Shown in pieces: positions 49,220 through 58,141 of a stretch of DNA of 64,000 bases. Below the pieces are notes generated by a model. The model worked only from the letters and a program-made list of their open reading frames with translations. It had not been told where the DNA came from and ran no database searches. Each line of letters starts with the position of its first letter. Positions within the stretch are counted from its first letter, which is position 1. The DNA is from Minisyncoccota bacterium (GTDB lineage: Bacteria; Patescibacteriota; JACMRA01), in assembly GCA_014376695.1 (NCBI GenBank), contig JACMRA010000002.1, positions 7,323 through 71,322 on the forward strand, read 5' to 3'. Position numbers and translations under genes: made by a program.

Positions 49220-50341
49220 TCAATTAATTTCTTCGGAACTATAAAACAAAATGTGAGAATCACTTGCTAATTTATAAGCATAGAGTGTGCCGCCTCTATA
49301 TTTTATATCAGTCAAATATTTCACTCTAAAATACAGCCCGTCAAGGAGAGTTACGCCATGATAAGGTAAAATGAAATTATTTTTGTCTATAGGTAAAAAA
49401 CCAAGATTAAGAGGTTTGGGAGAAAGTGCTAATCTAAGATGGTGCGGGGCCAATTTTTCTAAAAAATCTAACTTTTCCCGCAAGGCTAAGAAACCTAAAA
49501 ACTTTAGAGTGGTATTTTTAGCTTTTTTACTGAGTTTAGCTCTTAAAAACTCCACACTATGATCTTCTTTATACTTACTAAAGTTATAGATTTTTTTTAG
49601 AAGTTTTGTATTTTTTGTAGGAGGGGGAACTATTCTTAAGACTGAGCTCATTACCGTATTTAACTTATCTGTAAAAACTTTATCCCCCTCATCAAGTTTA
49701 GTTTTAAGATATCTGGTTTCTTTGTCCCATTGTTTATAAAAAGATGGGTATAAAGATGTAAGAATATCCAACTTAATCAGCTTAACACCTGTTATACCTA
49801 GATTCTTTATATACTCAGAAACTTTATTGACATAAGCGTCAGATCTATAATTTCGTATACCAAGGCTTCTGCGCAGAATACCTTCGCAAAAAAGATTGAC
49901 CAGAGCTCATGGTTTATATATTTGTCGAATAGCTAAAGTTAACCTCTCTACCTGTTTCAAAAAAAGTACCTCAGACAAATCTGGATAAATGGATTCGGTC
50001 TTTAGAGGGTTTGGAATTTTGAAAGGCAATGTCATTATCCCAAACTCAATAGGTAAATTTTTACTGGTAAAATAATCGATTTGCTTTAGCCAATAATCTT
50101 TATGATCCAAGGCAAACTCTCCAGCTCCAGATAAAAATTCACTGCTTATCAAAAGTAGAAACACTTTATTATTAAGGATTTCTTTATGTAATAATTCCGA
50201 ATTTACGTAAGTGCAGGTTTTAGCCAAAAGTTTTTTAACCTTATCGAAAGATATAGACTTATAAATTATTTTTGTCTTAGAATTCGATTCCAAAGTTTCA
50301 AAATCTTTAAAACCGTAAATATAGCTAGCTTTATTACTCAT
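49220..50341 (-). pseudogene. PvcA/Dit1-family (Tyr/Trp isonitrile synthase-like) gene interrupted by one in-frame TGA
   Basis: 'LPFKIPNPLK....PDLSE..FL', 'IYKP*A' (family IY.PG), 'LRL', 'PYHG'; the two ORFs are in the same frame across TGA 49907-49909. Confidence 0.65.
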
Positions 50342-50571
50342 TTGATGTAGGCATCCTTAATTATAATTTTATCTCTCGGTTTAGTACCGCTCAATCCTTT
50401 TGTAGAAATTAAAAACCATATTGCTTTAGCCTTACGGAGAGTTTTGGGATTAAACATTGTTTCTAAAGATGGATCTTAATCTTCTTCTTTTTTACCAAGA
50501 CTTGCTTCAAAACCTGTCCTTAGTTTATCTAAAGATGGGTTTGGCAAGTTTGGGGTTTGTGTTTCGGTCAT
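50338..50571 (-). pseudogene. 78-codon ORF with internal TAA, ATGA-coupled to the isonitrile-synthase-like gene (possible TrpR/YerC-like relic)
   Basis: MTETQ...KKEED*DPSLETMFNPKTLRKAKAIWFL...YIK*; internal stop at 50476-50478; family call is weak. Confidence 0.3.
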
Positions 50572-50610
50572 ATGATATAAAATGTTATTAAATTATAATT
50601 ATTTTGGTAT

Positions 50611-50758
50611 AAAAAAATCTCCCGACAGACGGGAGGAAATGGGTTTAAAAACTCTTCTGTGTGCAAAAAGACAAAAAAGAAAACAACTAAACACGCCGCA
50701 AAGCACTCCCATAAGTATAGAAGGTTTGCCACCATTGCCGCGTTATTGTTTTGAACAT
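50611..50758 (-). promoter_or_regulatory. Trp-type transcription attenuator: leader peptide MFKTITRQWWQTFYTYGSALRRV plus terminator
   Basis: Leader ORF 50687-50758 with tandem TGG TGG; terminator CTCCCG/CGGGAG followed by A and T7; leader AUGGGAG can pair with CUCCCGU as antiterminator. Confidence 0.7.
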
Positions 50759-50819
50759 ATAATGTTCTATAACCCTATTTCTCGGTTATAGTCAAGTTGT
50801 AGTTTTTTATAGAAAGCTA

Positions 50820-52814
50820 CTAATACCCCTTAATCACCCGCTCGATTTGATTTGACCAATAAATTTTGGTTTGAGCTTGGTTGTCGTCCATATTTTCTTT
50901 GGTGATTATGCTTTTGAGCAGGACTTTTCGACGCTTCTTTGGCAATTCGATATGGTCAATCCCGGCTAAGAATCGCCCTGTTGGTGAGTTATTGTTTTTG
51001 ATAATTTCTTGCGGGGTTCCAGTCGCAACAATCTGACCGCCGTTTATACCAGCTTTTGGTCCGACATCAACGATATAGTCACTGTTCATAATGGTTTCTT
51101 CGTCGTGTTCGACCACCAAAACCGTGTTACCAAGGTCTCGCAGTTTTTTGAGCGTGTTAAGCAGCTTAGTGTTGTCTCGTTGATGTAAGCCAATAGATGG
51201 CTCATCAAGGATGTAAAGAACACCCGTCAAGCCTGACCCTATCTGAGTGGCAAGCCTAATACGTTGAGCTTCTCCGCCTGACAAAGTGTCGGCGCTACGT
51301 GAGAGAGTAAGATATTCGAGGCCTACATCTTGGAGGAATTTGAGGCGGATTTCCACTTCTCGAAGAATCATTCGAGAAATTTCAGCTTCGGTCTTAGTTA
51401 GGCTAGTGCCCGTTCGAAGAGCTGTAAACCATGCCAAAGCGTCCTTGATTGATAAGTGGACAATATGATTAATTGATTGGCCACTCAGAGTTACTGAGAG
51501 AGCTTCTGGCTTAAGTCTGGCTCCTTTACAGTCGGGGCAGGCTTTTTTATTCATATAGCTTTCTATATCTCGGCGGGCTGCGTCAGAAGTTGTGTCTTTG
51601 TAGCGTCTTTTTAGATTAATTATTATCCCCTCGAAGCTTTCGTTACCGTAAAGAACGATATCACGGACTTTTTGAGGTAGTTTGTTCCAGGGTTGCTCTA
51701 GTTCAAAATTATATTTAACCGACAGGGTTTGAAAAGTCTTAGTCAGCCATCCGCCGCTCAAGCTCATACGAGAGATAGGTTTGAGACACCCTTCTAAGAT
51801 ACTCAAGGTCTCGTTAGGTACAATCAGCTTATCGTCAATTTCTGTGATTACGCCAAGGCCGTTACAAGTGGTACAAGCTCCGTGGGGGCTGTTGAAACTA
51901 AAGAGTCTTGGTTCGAGATTATCTGGAGTTCCGTGTCCATTTGGGCAGGCTCGGTTTTTATTGACGTGAATTAATTGCTTGGACTTATCTTCTTCTTCTA
52001 TTTTGAAAATCAGGGCTTTGCCATTACTGTATTTCATTGCTGTCTCTAGCGAGTTCATTAGCCGAATTTTGTTATCGTCGTTGAGAGTGACTCGATCTAT
52101 GACTACTTCAATAGTGTGTCTGAGCTGCTTGCTAAGTTGAATTTTTTCGGCTTCCTCGATTAAGATTATGTCACCATTGACCCGAATCCTTCTAAAGCCA
52201 TTCTTTTTTGCCTCGCTAATATGTTGCTTATGAACACCTTTTTGATCAGTTACTACTGGGGACAGAACGATAACCGTCTTGCCGTCCAATTCCTTAATAA
52301 GTCGACTGCAGATACTGGTTACTGATTCGTTGGCAATTACAGCATCACAAACCGTGCAGTGTTGCTGTCCTATTTTGGCGAATAAAAGACGTAAATAATC
52401 GTATATTTCGGTGATTGTCCCGACCGTAGAGCGTGGATTTTGAGATGTAGATTTTTGATCGATAGAAATAGCGGGGGATAGGCCGTCAATGGACTCAACA
52501 TCAGGTTTTTCTTTTAGGCCGAGGAATTGACGTGCGTACGAACTTAGGCTCTCGACGTAGCGACGCTGGCCTTCAGCGTAAATTGTGTCAAAAACTAAGC
52601 TAGATTTACCGCTGCCGGATAGACCACTAAAAACAACTAATTTGTTCTTTGGGACAATTACCGAAACATTCTTGAGATTATGCTCTTTGGCTCCCCGTAC
52701 TGTTATATAAGAGTTTGGATTAGGGACAAAGGTTGTATTAGCAAGGATTTCTGGCGAATTTAGCTCGGCTAATGTTAGGTTATTTAGATGATTTAGTTCG
52801 GAGATAGTCGTCAT
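50820..52814 (-). CDS. uvrA: Excinuclease UvrA, N-terminal half only (NBD1 plus insertion and Zn domains)
   Basis: 'GAKEHNLKN', 'GLSGSGKSSL', 'LSGGEAQRIRLA', 'LDEPSIGLH'; stops about 35 aa after 'LPKKRR', with no second Walker A. Confidence 0.9.
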   Translation of the reverse strand: MTTISELNHLNNLTLAELNSPEILANTTFVPNPNSYITVRGAKEHNLKNVSVIVPKNKLVVFSGLSGSGKSSLVFDTIYAEGQRRYVESLSSYARQFLGLKEKPDVESIDGLSPAISIDQKSTSQNPRSTVGTITEIYDYLRLLFAKIGQQHCTVCDAVIANESVTSICSRLIKELDGKTVIVLSPVVTDQKGVHKQHISEAKKNGFRRIRVNGDIILIEEAEKIQLSKQLRHTIEVVIDRVTLNDDNKIRLMNSLETAMKYSNGKALIFKIEEEDKSKQLIHVNKNRACPNGHGTPDNLEPRLFSFNSPHGACTTCNGLGVITEIDDKLIVPNETLSILEGCLKPISRMSLSGGWLTKTFQTLSVKYNFELEQPWNKLPQKVRDIVLYGNESFEGIIINLKRRYKDTTSDAARRDIESYMNKKACPDCKGARLKPEALSVTLSGQSINHIVHLSIKDALAWFTALRTGTSLTKTEAEISRMILREVEIRLKFLQDVGLEYLTLSRSADTLSGGEAQRIRLATQIGSGLTGVLYILDEPSIGLHQRDNTKLLNTLKKLRDLGNTVLVVEHDEETIMNSDYIVDVGPKAGINGGQIVATGTPQEIIKNNNSPTGRFLAGIDHIELPKKRRKVLLKSIITKENMDDNQAQTKIYWSNQIERVIKGY

Positions 52815-52882
52815 ACTAATAATTTGGTTATTACAATTACTGTGGCCAACTTTGGCCAGATTGTCAAAGTATTAACAGCGTA

Positions 52883-53050
52883 TTACTTAATAACCCATCT
52901 ATGCTCCCCTAGGTTGACGACAATTGAGTGATTATATCGATGGAATATTAGATACAAAAGAAGAGAAATTGGCACGCTGATTAAAACGGGAAAATAGTAA
53001 TCTGTGACAAGCGTCCAGATAGTATTCATTAGTTCGTTGATATTGAGCAT
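52883..53050 (-). CDS. Small hydrophobic protein (55 aa, not in ORF track)
   Basis: MLNINELMNTIWTLVTDYYFPVLISVPISLLLYLIFHRYNHSIVVNLGEHRWVIK*; promoter TTGACT-17-CAAAAT at 53072-53100. Confidence 0.5.
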   Translation of the reverse strand: MLNINELMNTIWTLVTDYYFPVLISVPISLLLYLIFHRYNHSIVVNLGEHRWVIK

Positions 53051-53236
53051 ACGGAAGGTTAATATAAATCAATTTTGCCTATTTTTCTGATTATAGTCAA
53101 TAGAGTTTTTCGGTTTGACAAGACGGCTATATTAACCAAATGTTACTACAAGTACCCAGCACAAAAAAATATTACTCAAAGCTATATCTTACTTTTGACT
53201 CTCGTCATTTGGTATAGTTTTACTTAGGTCCGTACA

Positions 53237-54151
53237 ATGCTCAAACACTCGGTCACAGAAGGTCTCAAAAATTTAATCAGATCATTTTGGTTATCTATTA
53301 CTGCTATTTTTATCATATTCGTCAGCCTCTTGTCAGTTGCAATGATGAGCAGTATTTGGGTTGTGGTTGGATACACTCTCAAAAGCTTTGATAATCAATC
53401 TGTAGTTTATATCTATATCAAAAAAGATACTCCAACAGCTGATAGAATGCAGATGGAACAAGACCTCAAAGCACAAAACGAAGTCAAGGAACTGACCTTT
53501 ATCGATGCACAAAAGGCTGAGGAAGAGTACAAGAATAACCCGTTTACTTCAGCCTCATATGATAATTTAATCAAGGCCCAAGAAAAAAACGGCAACAAAA
53601 CCAAAATTCTGAAGGAGTCCTTCAAGGTAATTCCATCGAATGTCAATTTCTACACTAATATCGAAAAATTCGCCAACCAAGATAAGTACAAAAGCGTCGT
53701 AGATAATGTTGACGGCCCAAAAGACTTCATTAGTTTTTTGCAGAAGGCTTATTACTGGACAGCTATTGTTGGATCGGCTTTATTTGTTGTTTTTAGTGCT
53801 ATTTCCACATTGGTTATGGTTAATATTTTGAGAATTGCTATTTATTCAAGGCGGGAGGAGATTGAGATTATGCGATTAGTTGGTGCGACTAATAATTATA
53901 TTCGTGGTCCGTTTATCGCTGAAGGGATATTATATAACTTTATCGCCTCAGTTGTAGTTTTTTTGATATTCATTCCAATGTTCAATTTTTTGGCTCCGAG
54001 TTTGTCAGCGCTTTTTAATTTTAATATTGCTAAGGATTTGGCGGAGTTATCCAGTAGCTTGTATATCAGTCTGACAATTACCAATATTATTGGCTTGATT
54101 ATCGGGGGGTTATCAGCTATGCTGGCTACTCAAAGATATCTAAAACTATAA
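53237..54151 (+). CDS. ftsX: Cell division permease FtsX
   Basis: Four TMs; 'NILRIAIYSRREEIEIMRLVGAT..YIRGPFIAEG'. Confidence 0.9.
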   Translation: MLKHSVTEGLKNLIRSFWLSITAIFIIFVSLLSVAMMSSIWVVVGYTLKSFDNQSVVYIYIKKDTPTADRMQMEQDLKAQNEVKELTFIDAQKAEEEYKNNPFTSASYDNLIKAQEKNGNKTKILKESFKVIPSNVNFYTNIEKFANQDKYKSVVDNVDGPKDFISFLQKAYYWTAIVGSALFVVFSAISTLVMVNILRIAIYSRREEIEIMRLVGATNNYIRGPFIAEGILYNFIASVVVFLIFIPMFNFLAPSLSALFNFNIAKDLAELSSSLYISLTITNIIGLIIGGLSAMLATQRYLKL

Positions 54152-54169
54152 TAATTTGCTATTTGCACT

Positions 54170-54532
54170 ATGCCGACAACAGACTATAGTAATTACAAAT
54201 TAGGTCGCTTTTTGGTTATTATTTTGGTGCTTTGCTTACTTTCACTGCTAATTTGGCCGTATCTAAAAGCCGAATATTACACCCAGAAGTACGAAAAGCA
54301 ACTAGATATCGTAGCTATTTGTCAATCAGAAAACACAGGCCTTGGAGTAACTGGGTATAAAATACTTAATCATTCCCCAGAGTCAAGAACCTTGGAAATA
54401 TACTGTTTCTACACAAACTCCGAGCTAAACAATTATCTCAAACTAGAAAAGCAAGCAGACAATTGGAAGTCAATTTACTCCAACCGGTTAGTCAAGGACA
54501 GTTATATGTACTACCCATTTTATTATTACTAA
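54170..54532 (+). CDS. Membrane-anchored hypothetical protein
   Basis: N-terminal TM, 120 aa. Confidence 0.6.
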   Translation: MPTTDYSNYKLGRFLVIILVLCLLSLLIWPYLKAEYYTQKYEKQLDIVAICQSENTGLGVTGYKILNHSPESRTLEIYCFYTNSELNNYLKLEKQADNWKSIYSNRLVKDSYMYYPFYYY

Positions 54533-54549
54533 ATTTATTTTTTGAGATT

Positions 54550-55029
54550 ATGAAAGTTACCGAATTTTTAACTAAATTGAGACAATTAAACCAAGAGGAG
54601 TTAGCTCAGACCAGCGGCATTGGCCAAGTAATTATAGATTCTTTGAACAGTTTTTTGACATCGAAGCGGTATTTGGATTTGATTGATGGGTTTGGGGAGC
54701 TTGAGAGAGAGGATCAAGGGTTGAATTTGCTACTGAGGCAAAGCCTTGGGGTGTCTAACTTGGTAGGTGGACAGGACTTATCTGGCCAGACGATGGTAAT
54801 AACCGGTACAATGGAGATAAGTCGAACTCAACTAAAAGAGAAATTAGAAGAATGCGGGGTGAAAGTAACAAGTAGCGTTACCAAAAAAACTAATTATCTT
54901 TTGGCGGGGCAAAATAGCGGCTCAAAGTATAAAACGGCCAGCGAACTTGGGGTACCGATTATTGAAATGTCCACGTGGCAGGATCTAAAAAAATATTTAG
55001 AGACTGACAACGAAATCAAGCCTAGTTAG
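54550..55029 (+). CDS. ligA: NAD-dependent DNA ligase, C-terminal fragment (last HhH plus BRCT)
   Basis: 'EELAQTSGIGQVI..SL..F'; BRCT 'LSGQTMVITGT...SSVTKKTNYLLAG...GSK...A.ELGVPII'. Confidence 0.75.
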   Translation: MKVTEFLTKLRQLNQEELAQTSGIGQVIIDSLNSFLTSKRYLDLIDGFGELEREDQGLNLLLRQSLGVSNLVGGQDLSGQTMVITGTMEISRTQLKEKLEECGVKVTSSVTKKTNYLLAGQNSGSKYKTASELGVPIIEMSTWQDLKKYLETDNEIKPS

Positions 55030-55677
55030 ATTATTGCCGATAGACTTTTTTTTGAGGATTTGGAATTTGCCGATTTGATTGGTGTTCTCAATGTGTGGCC
55101 CACCGCAAAACTCCCTAGAATAGATTGTTTGACCGTCTGCGAGGGTATAAATAGTTACTTTGTCGCCGTACTTCTCACCGAATAATCCAATTGCATCCAA
55201 CCCTTTTGCTATGTCAGGAGTTGTTTCAATTTTGGTCATTGTAAGGTGCTTGTCGATAATGGCTTGGACCTGCATCTCGATATTTGTTATAGTTTCTGGA
55301 GTGAGATCGCTCGAATTTAGATTAATATCAAAGCGGGCTTTATCTTCCAAAATGGCAGACCCCATTTGGTGCAGCTGCGTCCCGAAGATACTTCTCAACA
55401 CTTGGTGTAGAATATGCGTCGCCGTGTGCATTGCAATCGCCTTGGGGGAGTTGCTACCTAGGCCTGATTTGAATTGGGCAGTGGAGCTGCTTTGAGACAG
55501 GGTTTGATGACTCTCGATGAGTTTTTGTAGGTAATCCACATCCAAAATAAGCCCCTCTTTTTCGATCAGGTATTCGCTGATTTCAATAGGGACTCCATGA
55601 GATTGATATAAATCAAATGTTTTATTGGCTAGCCACTGGGGATCTAGCTTGGTAGCTTTAGGATTATTTGCAGTCAT
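54997..55677 (-). CDS. alaS: Alanyl-tRNA synthetase, C-terminal fragment (end of helical domain plus editing domain)
   Basis: 'FDLYQSHGVP.E' (FxLYDTYGFP), 'HTATHILH', 'GLFGEKYGD.V', 'EFCGGPH'. Confidence 0.8.
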   Translation of the reverse strand: MTANNPKATKLDPQWLANKTFDLYQSHGVPIEISEYLIEKEGLILDVDYLQKLIESHQTLSQSSSTAQFKSGLGSNSPKAIAMHTATHILHQVLRSIFGTQLHQMGSAILEDKARFDINLNSSDLTPETITNIEMQVQAIIDKHLTMTKIETTPDIAKGLDAIGLFGEKYGDKVTIYTLADGQTIYSREFCGGPHIENTNQIGKFQILKKKSIGNNLTRLDFVVSL

Positions 55678-55766
55678 AGTTTTTTTTGGTTCTGAATTCC
55701 AGAACTAGCTGTATTCATTATATACAACCTAAACTATATTTTCCCGTCAAGCTACCTTTGTATGAG

Positions 55767-56081
55767 CTATTTAGACTCTTTAAGGTCTTTGTCTTCCTTT
55801 TTTTTGAAGTATTGGACGATATCATCGATTGTAAAGTGCTTTTGATGTTTTAGAGTGTCGATTTCTTTGAGTCGTTTGAGCGCTTCAACGCGGTTAAATT
55901 TGCGGTTAAGACCGGCTCCGGCTTGGTGGAATGGAAGGATGCCCATTTCACAGTAAAACTTGAGGGTGCTTTGGCGAAATTTGTCAGTGGAATTAAAGAC
56001 GTCTTCGCATAAAGTTGCAAGTTCTCCGATGTTAATAAATTCTAGTTTTACGATTTGAGTTAGTGTACGTTTTCTTCCCAT
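55767..56081 (-). CDS. MerR-like HTH DNA-binding protein
   Basis: 'IGELA...STLKFYCEMGIL...R.F...L..I..L....FTIDDI'. Confidence 0.75.
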   Translation of the reverse strand: MGRKRTLTQIVKLEFINIGELATLCEDVFNSTDKFRQSTLKFYCEMGILPFHQAGAGLNRKFNRVEALKRLKEIDTLKHQKHFTIDDIVQYFKKKEDKDLKESK

Positions 56082-56334
56082 AGGTTTTGATATATAAATA
56101 TTATTTTTATAATAGATGTAATATTGGATAACATTGTGTTTTTGTCAAGTTTATGCGAAAAAAAACCTAAAAATACTTGAAATAGATTTTACAACATAGT
56201 TATTATGTACGATTTGAATGCTTGCTCTAACAGGGGGCTTGTTAAAATTGACAAAGGTACAAAGTTTGGTTTTATTTAACATAGTTTCAGTATCAAATCA
56301 AAAAATTAACCACGATTTAACATATAAAATTAGG

Positions 56335-57366
56335 ATGGCATTAGGCAAAAAATTAGGAAATATTTTGGAAAGTTACTTTGGTGAGGAGAGTCTCCAATCC
56401 CTGAGCAACAATTACGAACCCATAAGCAATCTACCGATTAAGGAAATAAAGCCCAAGGCCAAAATAAATATCACGCCGTATCCAGCTTTGATAGGCAGCC
56501 TAGCCAAAGACCAGGGCGATACCTCTAACCAAAAACCCTCTGCATCTGACCTTGTTCAAACGGTAGCCCCAAGTGACAACGATTACTTGGATCAAGTTCC
56601 TATTAACCGAATTGAGGTTAGCAATCCGTTCCAGACGCGGGAATACTTCGATGTCGAAGCGCTTAACAATCTGGCCGAGGATATTGGGCGAAACGGTCTA
56701 ATCCAACCAGTCATACTTATCAAAAGTCCCACCCCTGCCGAAGATGGAGGCCCTAGGTATATATTGGTTGCCGGTGAGAGGAGGCTTCGGGCTTTTAAAC
56801 AATTGGCCCGAGATACTATCCCAGCAATAGTTAAGTCGCATACAAGTCTTAATAATAAGCAGCAGTCGATTATTACGGTAATGGAAAATCTGCAACGCGA
56901 GGACCTCTCGGCTCTGGAAATGGCCAAGACGATTCAGATGCTAATGCGGACTCACAATTCGACTGAGGCTGAGGTAGCCGGTATTCTGTGTAAATCTCTC
57001 CAATACGTCAAAAATTTTCTTAGATTGCTCACCCTCTCGCCCTACATTCAGGATCTGTTGTCGACCAAACAGCTTACGGAATCCCAAGCGAGGTATCTTG
57101 TCAATCTCGATGAATCGACTCAGGTAATTGTGGCTCATAAGATTATTAGCGAAGAACTAACCGTCAAAGAGATTGTCCAGCTAGTCAAGAGCATAAATAG
57201 CAAATCTCATCCAGTTCAAAAGAGCTATAGCCCGAGACTGCAACATAATCTCCCGCACGAATTCGTCAAACGGGCAATTAAGTTTAGCGACGACATTCCT
57301 AATGCTAATCTCAAGTGTTTTGGAGATGATTTGCGTGGTAGGATTGTTATAAGCTGGGGAGTGTAA
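56335..57366 (+). CDS. parB: ParB/Spo0J partition protein
   Basis: 'NPFQTR..F', 'GLIQPV', 'LVAGERRLRA', 'ENLQREDL'; ATG at 56335. Confidence 0.9.
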   Translation: MALGKKLGNILESYFGEESLQSLSNNYEPISNLPIKEIKPKAKINITPYPALIGSLAKDQGDTSNQKPSASDLVQTVAPSDNDYLDQVPINRIEVSNPFQTREYFDVEALNNLAEDIGRNGLIQPVILIKSPTPAEDGGPRYILVAGERRLRAFKQLARDTIPAIVKSHTSLNNKQQSIITVMENLQREDLSALEMAKTIQMLMRTHNSTEAEVAGILCKSLQYVKNFLRLLTLSPYIQDLLSTKQLTESQARYLVNLDESTQVIVAHKIISEELTVKEIVQLVKSINSKSHPVQKSYSPRLQHNLPHEFVKRAIKFSDDIPNANLKCFGDDLRGRIVISWGV

Positions 57367-57371
57367 TTTAT

Positions 57372-57722
57372 TTAAGGTCGCTTCCACAGCAAAATTTTAT
57401 CCCGTGCAATTTCTTTGGCAAAAATTGGGTCAGTAATTTGACTCAACTCTTTAATATCAACTGAATACCAAAAGTCAGATTGATCAATTGCGTAATCCAA
57501 TTCGTTGATGGTAGGATGTCTAGTCTGGGGTGTATCGGTCGTAAGAATCAGCAGGTCAAAATCACTTTTGAGTTTGTAATCGCCTCTAGCTCTTGAACCA
57601 AATAGCCAGACTTGGCATAGGCTCGGAATATTTGCAAAGACTTCAGTCAACGTATTGATATGCTTTTGCGTAACTCCGTAGGTATTGGCAGGCCTACTTG
57701 GCGTTTGGGTACTCGTTGTCAT
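57372..57722 (-). CDS. Minimal nucleotidyltransferase (MNT antitoxin)
   Basis: 'LFGSRARGD....SDFDL'. Confidence 0.88.
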   Translation of the reverse strand: MTTSTQTPSRPANTYGVTQKHINTLTEVFANIPSLCQVWLFGSRARGDYKLKSDFDLLILTTDTPQTRHPTINELDYAIDQSDFWYSVDIKELSQITDPIFAKEIARDKILLWKRP

Positions 57723-58134
57723 AGATGGATTTTAGTTTTTGGTATAATTCTGTGAATATTTGGTTGTAAACTCTAATCACGTTTTGGGCAACTTGATTGG
57801 CCGTCCCCTCGTCGTATGTGTGAGCGAGTAAATTTCGACCTTTGATACTGGCTAGCCAATCCTCTTCATCTGTTATTAGATTGTGTTGAAAGGCTTTTTT
57901 GAGTGTAGCTCTTGGTGTGGCCTCGAATTCTAGTCCGGACTCTTGCATATACTCTTTGAGAGTTTTCCAAGCTAGTTCCCAAGTGAACTCATATCTCTGG
58001 ATTAGTGCATCTCGATATAAGTCATTATCAGGCTCGAGTCTAACTGCATCGATAGCTTCTTGTAATCGTTGTAAGGCTTTTTCGTAATTACGGAATTTAC
58101 CAGTGAAACCGGAGATTGGAGGGGTTGGTGTCAT
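57694..58134 (-). CDS. HEPN-domain protein (HI0074-type, toxin partner of MNT)
   Basis: 'DALIQRYEFTWELAWK', RxxxxH 'RNLLAHTYDE'. Confidence 0.88.
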   Translation of the reverse strand: MTPTPPISGFTGKFRNYEKALQRLQEAIDAVRLEPDNDLYRDALIQRYEFTWELAWKTLKEYMQESGLEFEATPRATLKKAFQHNLITDEEDWLASIKGRNLLAHTYDEGTANQVAQNVIRVYNQIFTELYQKLKSIYDNEYPNAK

Positions 58135-58141
58135 AATCTAT

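Noticed and set aside
48978..49227. N-terminal extension of the glycosyltransferase ORF and ORF 49024-49227
   Set aside because: Both overlap the tRNA-Leu gene; GT4 homology starts at ATG 48977
52890..53065. 6S RNA-like long hairpin
   Set aside because: Pairing is imperfect with no clear central bubble; a promoter-equipped 55-aa ORF on the minus strand explains the region better
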